From NCBI GenBank assembly GCA_000091205.1, contig AP006497.2: 64,000 nucleotides of DNA, one strand, 5' to 3'. The DNA is from Cyanidioschyzon merolae (Eukaryota). Positions 1 through 9,175 of this stretch are shown piece after piece; the first letter of the stretch is position 1; the number at the start of each line of letters is the position of its first letter. The notes under the pieces were generated by a model. It saw only the letters and a program-made list of their open reading frames with translations. It made no database searches and was not told the origin of the DNA. The position numbers were made by a program, and so were the translations under genes.

Positions 1-82
1 GGAACCCCGTGCTTGCCCCGCAGTCCAGGGCTTGTCGAGGCTGGACGCGATCGCTACCCGAGATGGATACGGGATACGCACC

Positions 83-622
83 CTACTTGTGATAGGGCGT
101 ATGGTTGTAAATCTCAATAGCCCGATAAATTTGTTCCATCAACACAAGTCGAGCTAGTTGATGGGTAAACGTCAGCGTAGACAAGCTCAATAATTCGTGG
201 GCATGCTGGTAGACTGCTTGTGGCAGACCCGAGGCGCCGCCTATCACGAACGTGACGCGGGAGCCGCCTTGTTCCATCTGCCTCATGAAAACCTCTGCAA
301 ACTCCTCACTTGTGTATACCTTTCCGCGCTGGGCATCAAGGGCAACCACTTGACCGCTGCTGCTGGCACGTTCCTGTCGAGTCCGTTTGACAAGGGCCTC
401 CTCGTCGCGCACCCAGACCTGCTCCACGGTAACAAACGGAGCGAGTCGCTTCGTGTATTCCCGGAAACCTTCCTCGATCCACTGGAACTTGCTCTTACCC
501 TGAGCCAGGATTGTAACGTGTAATCGCGCACATAAACTGTTCAAGGGGCGTGTGCGTTTGCACCGTGCCCGGGCCGGCTCGAGCGCGGTCCAGAGCGCTA
601 CAAAGCCGCAGCTCCGCGGCAT
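83..622 (-). CDS. RlmH-like SPOUT rRNA methyltransferase (23S rRNA m3-pseudouridine methyltransferase family), probably organelle-targeted
   Basis: The translation ends in ...VTFVIGGASGLPQAVYQHAHELLSLSTLTFTHQLARLVLMEQIYRAIEIYNHTPYHK, which matches the RlmH/YbeA (DUF163) C-terminal signature. The core starts near 'VTILAQGKSK'. An N-terminal extension MPRSCGFVALW... has an F-V-A motif. The track start at 646 is TTG; the first in-frame ATG is complement 620-622. Confidence 0.62.
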   Translation of the reverse strand: MPRSCGFVALWTALEPARARCKRTRPLNSLCARLHVTILAQGKSKFQWIEEGFREYTKRLAPFVTVEQVWVRDEEALVKRTRQERASSSGQVVALDAQRGKVYTSEEFAEVFMRQMEQGGSRVTFVIGGASGLPQAVYQHAHELLSLSTLTFTHQLARLVLMEQIYRAIEIYNHTPYHK

Positions 623-1367
623 CAGTCCGGCTGCGAAGCGCTTCAAACCGTCAAAACGCGTTCAACGTCGAGGTCAGCAAACGTGCAACCAGCGCTGGAA
701 CCGCGCTTCGCCGGACGCGCCCCACAAACGCAGAACGAACGCTAGTCGTTCTTATGGATGAGAGACACGAGCGCCGCGTCCGCACCACGAAAAGCAGTGA
801 AACATAGGGGTTGCATCAACAGCCGTGGAAGTGCTCTATGCGCTTCCAAACTGCATCATGCGTCCATGAATCGCTTTTACAGCATCCGCAGTGCATCCGA
901 TTTTTCATCATGCTAGCCAGCGGGTACGTCAGGGAAGTACTCGTGAACAAGCCGGTATCCAGAACTGGGGCAGCATGTGGTTCCCTTATTTGCGCACACT
1001 CTACCCGGTCATTTGGCAAACACCGGATAGCCTGGAAACCGGAATTGGTTTGGATGCGAGAACTTTGCCTATCCAACTCACATTTATCAAATTCATCTAC
1101 TCGACATACCTTTTGAACCTTCCATCGCCTTGTTTGATTTTTCCAATAAACTTTCCGCGAAATTCTCGATACCAGGCCTCGATGCTTCCTCAGCACGACC
1201 CAGGTCCGATACAATGCGCTTCGCCACCTCAGTATCGACAAGCGCGCCCGCCTCTCCAACGTGCCGCTTTCGCGGTCATGATGGGCGAATCCTCCATGCG
1301 TCTCCATGGCACGGCGCTCGCTTGCCGAACACTCGACATTGCCAACGCAACGAGCCAGAAGAACAAG

Positions 1368-1410
1368 AAGAGGAGGAGGAGGAGGAGGAGGAGGAGGAGG
1401 AGGAGGCGGA
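1368..1410. repeat. (GGA)n trinucleotide microsatellite, intergenic
   Basis: A direct run gaagaggaggaggagg...ggcgga of about 14 units. Spurious poly-E/poly-P/poly-L ORFs are read through it in several frames. Confidence 0.9.
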
Positions 1411-1816
1411 AACCCTCGCAGGTCGCTCCTTGTGATCGCAAGCATGCAACTGCGAGCCAGCAACTAGCGATACGCTTCCATGCCCGAGCGGCCGTGTATG
1501 GACGGCATCACCATACATACAGCGTTCCAGTCGTCGTCGTCGTCGTCGTTGCCTCTGGAAGCGCTCTCGTGTCCACGAGGCTAGCAACAAACCCATCATT
1601 GGACGAAAAAACAGCAGTGCACCCAGAGTGCATCAGCTTCGCCAGCAAACGCTTCGACCGCTGGCACGCAGAACACTCGGAGCATCTCTCTGTTACGAGT
1701 TGGCATCCGTTGTGCTAGCATTGTCGTTGCATCCGAAAACCCATCATGACAGCAGCATCAACCGGTGCGCGCACATCCTACTCTCCAGCGTGGCTGTTTC
1801 GCAGTCCACCTTGTGC

Positions 1817-4800
1817 TCAGAAATCGACACCTTCAATACGGTCTTCGATTTCGCGGTACAGATCCCGCAAGCGTTCGATATTCTCCTCGGAGGTTTCCCA
1901 GTAGCCACGGCCGTGTGCCTCCAGCATCGTTGTCACCATAGAGCGGAAGCTGTTGGGATTCGAGTCCATGAGCTTCTTCCGCATGGCCTCGTCGACAAAG
2001 AAGGTCTGGTTGGCGTTCTCATAGACCCAGTTGTCGACAGCGTCCGAGGTCACCGAGAACGCCATGGTGTTCCGCAAACGCTTGGAAAGTTCTCGCACAC
2101 CTTCGTAACCAGAGTTCACGAGTCCGTCGATCCACTTGGGATTCAGCAGTTTGGTCCGGCTATCGAGACGAATGGTCTCGTCGAGGCTGCGCACGGCAAC
2201 GTTCGCCGTCGTCGAGTCCGCGATATACGAGCGGGGCTTGCGCTTGTCACCCCGAAGGGCGGCAACCCACTTCTCGTTTGCGCCATCTGCATAATTCGAG
2301 ACGTCCGTCAAGGAGATCTCAGACGAATCCAGATTCTGCATCGTGACCTCGACGGTTTTGAGCGCCCGCTCGAAGCGCTGCCGCGCGGGAATCATGGCCC
2401 CCGGGCGATCACTATCGTAGGCGAAGGATTTGCGAGAGAGGTACTGTTCCTGGAGCTGCTGTTCATCGGTCCATCCTCCATTTTCAATGGCAATGCCAAC
2501 GTTCGCAGAATAACTGCCCGATGCATTCGAAAACACACGCGTTGCTGCCTCCCGTACACTGATGTTCTCCTCGGCTGCCTGCTCCAGGGCGTGCTTGCGC
2601 ACGTAGTTCATCTCGGGCGGTTCATCAGCCTCTGCTGCCATCTTGATCGCTTGGTCCATCAGCGCCATCTGGTTGATCAACAGATCGCGAAAGATGCCGC
2701 TAACCGTGACGACCACATCGATTCGTGGGCGTCCCAGCTCCGAGAGCGACACCAGCTCCACCCGGTTGACTCGTCCCGATGCGTCCGGCACCGGACGTGC
2801 CCCAATGAGCCACAGCACCTGGGCAATGCTCTGGCCAAACGACTTGATCGCCTCTGTGCCATAAAGTACCAGCGATACCGTCTCTGGCATTTGACCTTGG
2901 TTCGCGGCTGCTTCCCGCTCGAGCAGGCGCTCTACGACGACTTTGGCTTCGGCGAAGGCCGAACTCGTCGGAATCGACTGCGGATCCAGCGCGTGAATGT
3001 TCTTGCCGGTTGGGACGACGGCGGGGTTCCGGATGGGATCTCCCCCCGGACCCGGTTCGATGTAACGTCCTTGGAGTGCCTGCATCAGCGAACCGAGCTC
3101 GTTATCCTTAATGATCTGCTCTAGGCAGACCTCAAGGTACTCAAAGAGCGGCTTCAGGTCTCGTGCTGAGCACTGGGGAAAGCCGCTCTCCTCGAGCGCC
3201 ACCAGATACGTCGGTTTGATCGCTTCGGACAGGAACGATACCATCACGCGATCAATGCGTCCATCCTTGTTGACTGACTTGGAGACAACCCGCTCAACAG
3301 CGTTGCGGCACGCACGCTGAATGCGATCCAACAGCTCGACATCGTCTAGCGCTGTTGAGCGGTACAACTGCTCAATATCCCGATCAACAGACTCGGCTAC
3401 AATACGGGGCAAGGCCTTGAGTCCTTTCTCCGGCCGATCGACACCGGCGATATTCACGAGTGTTGCTACCGCCTCCGCCGCAGTCGGTGGTTTGCCTATC
3501 GTATGCAGCCCGATCGGCAACAAACGAGCTTCTATCTCCATGAGACGGGCGTAGATCGATCCAATAACCTGGTCCCGCTCTTGACGCGTGAGTTGATCGA
3601 ATCCGTCTACGGGCAAGTTGGGAATGTCTCGGTCGAGGTTGCACTGTCGAGCGGTTGCGACGATCGCTGCGCACAGTGCAGCAGCTCTGGACTCATTCGC
3701 ACGCAGTTCCTGGTACTCCCGGATAAGCGATTGACACTCTTTGAGTTCCTTGTAGAGGCCGGCGTTCTCTGCAGGCGGTGTAAGGTAGGAGATGATTCCG
3801 GCGTAGGAGCGTCGCTTCGCTATGGTTGCCTCCGAGGGATTATTCGCGGCATAATAGTAGAGGTTGGGTAGACCCCCGATGAGAAGGTCGGGGTAGCAAT
3901 CTCCACTCATGCCGACCTGTTTGCCCGGCATAAATTCCAGACTTCCATGCGTTCCAAAATGAATCACCGCATTCGCGTCGAAAATCTTCTGCAACCACGT
4001 ATAGCAGGCTGCGAATCCATGATGCGGCGATGCAGACTTGGAGAACAGCAGCCGCATAGGGTCGCCTTCGTACCCGAAACTTGGTTGCACGACCACGGCG
4101 ACATTTCCGAACTGTGCACCGTAGACCAGCAGATTTGTGCCGTCGGTGTTCAGGGTACCGGGAGGCGGACCCCAGTGCTCCTGCAATGAACGCTGATACT
4201 CACATAGACGTTCGTATTCGGATACAGGCATTCGATAGAGCACGTTGAGTTCAGGCGAGCTGATTTTGGCCTCGCGATCGTGCAGTACGCGCTCCATCAA
4301 CGCATCAACAGTCTCGGGAATATCACCGACGGTATAACCATCCAGCTTCATTGCCTGGAGGACCTTGTGGATCGAGCCGAACACGTCCAGATAGGCCGCG
4401 GTACCGACATTGCCCTTGTCTGGTGGAAACGAGAACACGACGACTGCAACCTTCTTCTCGCGGTTCTTCATGCGTCCAAGTTGGGCCCACTTCAGCGCTC
4501 GTGACGCCAGCAAATGAATGCGATCGTGCAGTGGAATACTCCGCCCTGTGAGTCCGTCTCGCCCCGCATAGATGAGCGGCTCGATCGCGCCGTCCAGCTC
4601 AGGCAGACTAACCTGTAATGCAGTCTGAATCGGATGCAGTCCGAGCTCGCTTCGCTTCCACTCATCAAATGTCTGGAATACAAGCGGCAGCGAGCAAATG
4701 TATGGGCGATTCAGGGCTTTGAGGGCTGCAACTGCGCGCGGATGGTCCTGTTTGGCGGGACCCCCAACCAGCGCAAATCCCGTAAGCGACACAACGACGT

Positions 4801-6091
4801 CGACCAGGGGCACTGCTGTATTCAGCGCATAAAAGAAACGGTTCACTGGCTCGCTGAAATCCAGGGCTCCCGAGAAAATCGGGATTACTTTCGCTCCACG
4901 GGCCTCCAGTTCCTGGATGAACGACACATAGTGACAATCATCTTTGGTGACCAGATGAGAGCGCTGCAGTACGATGCCGATGGTGGGCGCATCATTCGCA
5001 AGCCTTGCTCGCGGAGCGTGCTCCTTGTCGTACCAACGTATGTACTCGGTGACGTCCTCAAACATCTTGGGTGCCACAGGATGCCAGATTCCTGCATCCG
5101 GAAACAGGACCGGATCCTTCACTTCAAACTGGAAGCTCTGAACATCCTGAACGTACTTGGATGCAACCATTAAGATCATGTTTTCGAGGTTCTCTACAGT
5201 GCCCCCGAGCCAGTACTGAAAAGAGAGCATAAACGATCGCGCATCCTGAGCCTTGTCGCTCGGCAAGTACTTAAGCACCTTTGGCAGAGTGCGCAGCAAG
5301 CGAAGCATTTGGGACTCGAAGTCTGCACCCTGTTGTTCTCGCCGTTTCTTCATGATCTGCCCGATGAACGATGTCGTAGACTGTCCAGTCTGGTTCAGTT
5401 GGCCCATACTAAAAGCCCCGAGTTTGTTCAGTTTCATCACCGGAGGTAAGGACGGAAACACGACGCATGCATCGAGACGATCTCTTACAGGCGCGACGGC
5501 GGCGACGACCTTGTCGGCAAGCTCTTGGACAAAAATCAGAGATCCGATGAAAATGTTCGCATCCGCAATATCGCGCTTGAAGGCGTTGTAGTTGGCCTCG
5601 TTTCGAAGCTCCTCCAGGAGATAGCCACTCAGTTCCACCGCCATGTGCTCCTGTTTCGCGTTGATCTTTCGAACCGCAGCCGTCAGCGTCGACTGGTACT
5701 GCGACTCCAACACGACATATACAATTTTGACCAGTTTCCGTCCTTCTAGCACTGGAGGTACAATGTGCCTGTCCTCTGGCTTCGACGCCGTAAACAGGCC
5801 GCCTGGCGCTCCGGCCAGAATGCCCGTACCGTCGTCATTCACACCGTTTCCACCAGCGTTCCAGTTCACTGCAGCACCCGTACCTTTACGGCGCTCGTTC
5901 GCAGCAGTCATCACCGACCGAGTGCGCATCTGTTGCGAGCGGCGGCTGCTCGAAGGCAGCACCAGCGGCCCCCAGGCTGAGGTCTTGCCCCACTGGTGCA
6001 GCGGCTGCACGGAACCAGCTTTCACAGCAACACCGGTTCCTAAAAAGCGCTTCTGCAACGTGGTACTCGGCGCTACAAAGCTAATCTCCAT
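1817..6091 (-). CDS. CHLH: Magnesium-chelatase subunit H (ChlH; CobN/Mg-chelatase family), 1424 aa, single uninterrupted ORF
   Basis: A 1424-aa ORF with a proper ATG at complement 6089-6091. The long protein ends in ...[69 protein letters not shown]. Its length matches plant/algal ChlH (~1380 aa). The N-terminus [11 protein letters not shown]... looks like a plastid transit peptide with an FVAP motif. Confidence 0.92.
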   Translation of the reverse strand: MEISFVAPSTTLQKRFLGTGVAVKAGSVQPLHQWGKTSAWGPLVLPSSSRRSQQMRTRSVMTAANERRKGTGAAVNWNAGGNGVNDDGTGILAGAPGGLFTASKPEDRHIVPPVLEGRKLVKIVYVVLESQYQSTLTAAVRKINAKQEHMAVELSGYLLEELRNEANYNAFKRDIADANIFIGSLIFVQELADKVVAAVAPVRDRLDACVVFPSLPPVMKLNKLGAFSMGQLNQTGQSTTSFIGQIMKKRREQQGADFESQMLRLLRTLPKVLKYLPSDKAQDARSFMLSFQYWLGGTVENLENMILMVASKYVQDVQSFQFEVKDPVLFPDAGIWHPVAPKMFEDVTEYIRWYDKEHAPRARLANDAPTIGIVLQRSHLVTKDDCHYVSFIQELEARGAKVIPIFSGALDFSEPVNRFFYALNTAVPLVDVVVSLTGFALVGGPAKQDHPRAVAALKALNRPYICSLPLVFQTFDEWKRSELGLHPIQTALQVSLPELDGAIEPLIYAGRDGLTGRSIPLHDRIHLLASRALKWAQLGRMKNREKKVAVVVFSFPPDKGNVGTAAYLDVFGSIHKVLQAMKLDGYTVGDIPETVDALMERVLHDREAKISSPELNVLYRMPVSEYERLCEYQRSLQEHWGPPPGTLNTDGTNLLVYGAQFGNVAVVVQPSFGYEGDPMRLLFSKSASPHHGFAACYTWLQKIFDANAVIHFGTHGSLEFMPGKQVGMSGDCYPDLLIGGLPNLYYYAANNPSEATIAKRRSYAGIISYLTPPAENAGLYKELKECQSLIREYQELRANESRAAALCAAIVATARQCNLDRDIPNLPVDGFDQLTRQERDQVIGSIYARLMEIEARLLPIGLHTIGKPPTAAEAVATLVNIAGVDRPEKGLKALPRIVAESVDRDIEQLYRSTALDDVELLDRIQRACRNAVERVVSKSVNKDGRIDRVMVSFLSEAIKPTYLVALEESGFPQCSARDLKPLFEYLEVCLEQIIKDNELGSLMQALQGRYIEPGPGGDPIRNPAVVPTGKNIHALDPQSIPTSSAFAEAKVVVERLLEREAAANQGQMPETVSLVLYGTEAIKSFGQSIAQVLWLIGARPVPDASGRVNRVELVSLSELGRPRIDVVVTVSGIFRDLLINQMALMDQAIKMAAEADEPPEMNYVRKHALEQAAEENISVREAATRVFSNASGSYSANVGIAIENGGWTDEQQLQEQYLSRKSFAYDSDRPGAMIPARQRFERALKTVEVTMQNLDSSEISLTDVSNYADGANEKWVAALRGDKRKPRSYIADSTTANVAVRSLDETIRLDSRTKLLNPKWIDGLVNSGYEGVRELSKRLRNTMAFSVTSDAVDNWVYENANQTFFVDEAMRKKLMDSNPNSFRSMVTTMLEAHGRGYWETSEENIERLRDLYREIEDRIEGVDF

Positions 6092-6650
6092 ATTTAACGC
6101 ACGGTGGAATGTTTACCAGACCCTACGCTGGACGGAAGAAGCGTTCAGGTTGTGAAGCGTACACTACTTCTCTTCGTCAAACGTGTCTACTATGCGCAAG
6201 CCTCTGCACACGTGACAAGATGCTACGAGTTACTATACGCTCCAGGGAACGCTGAACTAGAAAATATCAAAACCAGACGCCAAGCCACAGCAATGCTATG
6301 CGCTCGTAGCAAAAGAGCGCGATAGGTTGTAAAGTGACCCGGAGATCAGTTCGACGAGGGCATGCGGCGGTGCAGTCGCACCTGCGCGTATCAGCGACGG
6401 CAGGAACGGCGGCGACGATCAGAAAACGACCGATGCAGAAGCGTTGAGGGCCGCATTGCGCAGCGCCCCGGATGGTGACCTGAAGCGTTCCTCCGGAGGT
6501 GCAGGGAAATCAGTGGAATAAAATGGATATTTATGGATAGAGTGCGTCGGGATCTGATTCTTATCTTCACGAAACGATGACATCGGGACCATGGATCCCC
6601 GAATTCGGAATCTATGATGGCTTTCGGGAAAGCGTCCACCATGAAGCACT

Positions 6651-8560
6651 TTCCTTCAAGTTCCATTACCCATACTTGCTTTCGGATAAACAGGTCTTTT
6701 CATAGGTTCCATCCAGCGGCGAATGGCTGCCTTGAGCACTCGCCGTAGCGCCTGCACCGCTCAAGCAGATGCTGCATAGAGAGTCAGAGGGGCTCTGCAA
6801 TACCACAGAGGGCGTCGGCTCGAGGCGTCATTCATTCAACCTCGACTCGACATTCATAATGAAACTGGGAGCCTGCAAGCGCTGCTGACAGACCTACTGT
6901 CTGCGGCAGCGCGAAGCAACAGACTAGGAGTCCACTGCGACCAGGGCGACGCCCAGACGCAGTAAAGCGGCGTCTAGACCCAGAATGAACTGCGTTGCGG
7001 AAGAGTTGAACAGGTCTCACGAAAGCACCTGCCACTGGAGGAAGCATAAAGCGCGACCCGGGCAGACTCGTCCAGGTCGCGGGACCTTCCGCCTAGGGGG
7101 TAAGCTTTTGACGGCATCGGAAACTTTCCCCTCGTTTCACGTCTATCGTAAAGCGGGGAAGGAATCGTTATCTCGTTGCAATGTAGTGGTACGTTGCTGT
7201 TATTTTGTCTATACGGCGCTCGACAGGCGCACCTGGAATATCTGGCGGTCACGAGACAAGACGGATATCTCGCCGTTGAAGGGAAACCCGATCGTGATCA
7301 TTTGCGTGTTGCTCTGACGTACATGTTGTGTTTGCGTTACAGTCGTGCCAAAGTACAGTATTTCATCTCGATGGTGTTTCGACCATCAAGCAACGATATT
7401 CCGGTAGTTTTCGCGCAGTTTGTATCAGAAGCGTTCAAAAAGCGTTCTTTTTCAAAAAAACAAAAAAGGAAAGTTTTGGAGAGGCAAGTCGTCGATCCCA
7501 GAGGCCAAGTGTCACCGGATGCCGGAAAAAGCGGAGAGCACTGCCGAGCCCAGAAGCACTGGAGAGGACCGCGACGCGGAAAGTGCATGAGAACGACTTG
7601 GTCGTTGGTGCAGACGCCGGACACACGAAGATCCGTAGCCATCGCGGTTCGCGAGTGTGCGGAAGATGGCATGGACGGTAACCTACGTCCGAAAGACATG
7701 CGGCTTTTGAGCTTCTCGAGAGCGAGATGCTATCGAGAATCTGGAATCATGAATGCAAGGACAAAAATCGAGACGTGGAACGCAGGAATGAAGGATCACG
7801 TGGAAGCTTCGAGCGATGTGACGAGCCGAGGAGCAGACTTTCAAACTTTTCTGAAATGCATGGAAGTTCGCGTCGCTGACTGGGAGGCGCTGTGGAAAGC
7901 GTATCCAAAGCCCCGGTGGGCTCGTCTGCGTATGCGTCTATACTGTGGGAAGCAGCGCGCATTCGCCAATTTTTTCAATCCACTGAACGCCTTGAAGGAG
8001 GACGAGGGTCAGAGGCTCCTAGTAGCGTACGGAGCAGGGCGCTGGATGACCCAAAACAGGATATACGCCAGCTCCAACAACAAGAACGTACAAGGAGCGC
8101 GCACGGCGTTTTGTCACCATACCGATAGATGCGTTCCGAACATCGTACACACACCATGAGCTGGGCTGCACGCTTCAGAGGGTCGAGATAGAAAAGTGCC
8201 AGCGGGGCCCTGAGCATTTAAAAAAGTACGGAGCGCCGACGGAAGAGCAAATGGAAAGGAGGGCAAAAGTGCGAGAGCTACTCGCATTAGTATATACAAC
8301 CAGTGATGGCAAGAAACGTATGGAATTCGTGAACCGAGACTTGAACGCCGCTATCAATATTCGGAGAAGTGCGGTGATGGGGAAAAGACCTCCAGAGTTG
8401 ACAGGAGAGAATTTTGTGGGGCAGCGTCTCATGGTCGAATTGTACAGAATGAAAATGAAGCCAGTTGTAGGTGGCCAGTCGAGCGAGACAGTGAGGCTTC
8501 GGCGTTTCAGTTGGAGACGTTTTGTGTAGGGCGCGTTTGCCGCCACTGCTGTATACCGCT
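6651..8560 (+). mobile_element. TnpB/Fanzor-like RuvC-nuclease element, copy 1 (high-identity block; true ends uncertain)
   Basis: Direct repeat of 16372-18280 at about 99% identity overall (see the patchwork finding for how identity varies along the element). It encodes a multi-frame ORF set with a RuvC-I-like motif LVVGADAGHTKI and a RuvC-III motif FVNRDLNAAINIRR. I see no terminal inverted repeats. Weaker (~60%) similarity continues at least 60 bp beyond both edges. Confidence 0.55.
7328..8529 (+). CDS. TnpB/Fanzor-like RNA-guided-nuclease homologue, read across three frames
   Basis: Frame 2 (7328-7681) gives ...KVHENDLVVGADAGHTKI (G-x-D-x-G, RuvC-I-like). Frame 0 (to 8159) gives ...NALKEDEGQRLLVAYGAGRW...ASSNNKNV...FCHHTDRC (RuvC-II/bridge-like region with Cys residues). 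Frame 1 (8050-8529) gives ...ELGCTLQRVEIEKCQRG...KKRMEFVNRDLNAAINIRR (RuvC-III D-x-N-A-A-x-N-I). The frame switches are identical in copy 2, so they are more likely introns than random decay. The span is the sum of ORFs 7328..7681, 7176..8159 and 8251..8529. Confidence 0.5.
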
Positions 8561-9175
8561 GCGCCACCGTGTTCCCATGGAAGAGAAATTTCGAAAACTT
8601 GAAGACTGCGTGACTGGGAGCTTCTGCACACGAATTCGAGAGTATATCATTTGCTCTCCGATGCCTTGTTCGACGGCGTCGCGAATCTTCATGTTTCCCG
8701 TGGCGTATCGAACTGCAGCGGTAAAGATCCCAGGTATCCATTCCGAAAACCCGACCGAGAATCCTAAAACTACCTTTGAGTTCTCAAGTCCGTCTCTTTA
8801 TATTTCGAATGTCGACTTTGGAAATCACGGAATAAAACATTCAGAAAAAAATGCAAAGCCACGAACACAGTGCGAGCATCTCCCAATCCACTTGTAATCC
8901 AGGATTGGCGTGGTATCATCTGCGCGCTGTTGATGCAGCACTAGCACCAATACGCTGGTCTCTCAGGAACTCAAGTCGGTTGGGTCCTAAAAACCACCAG
9001 CGTGGGAGGAATTTTCATCTGTCCGTGCTAACCGCTTGGCTGTTTCTTTGAACCAGTGGCGGGAAGCAAGGCTCGGTTCACTAGGACGAGTCTAGCGGAG
9101 CGTTACGGTGCTGATCGAAAGGCCGTGCCGCTCTACCGCCGAGCACTCCGAGTTCATGTGGCTGGCTCTTTCGAC

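Noticed and set aside
811-1720. Several overlapping 100-275-aa ORFs with poly-E, poly-P, poly-L, poly-S and poly-R runs
   Set aside because: They are all different frames of the same (GGA)n and (GTC)n microsatellites in the RlmH-ChlH spacer, with no domain content.
1628-3124. 498-aa ORF on the plus strand
   Set aside because: It lies entirely antisense to the ChlH coding region. The protein is low-complexity and Arg/Leu-rich, typical of antisense frames in GC-rich coding DNA.
8175-8741. 188-aa minus-strand ORF (and its twin at 17896-18432)
   Set aside because: It is antisense to the Fanzor-like RuvC-III-encoding segment. The fact that the twin copies are identical reflects the duplicated element, not selection on this frame.
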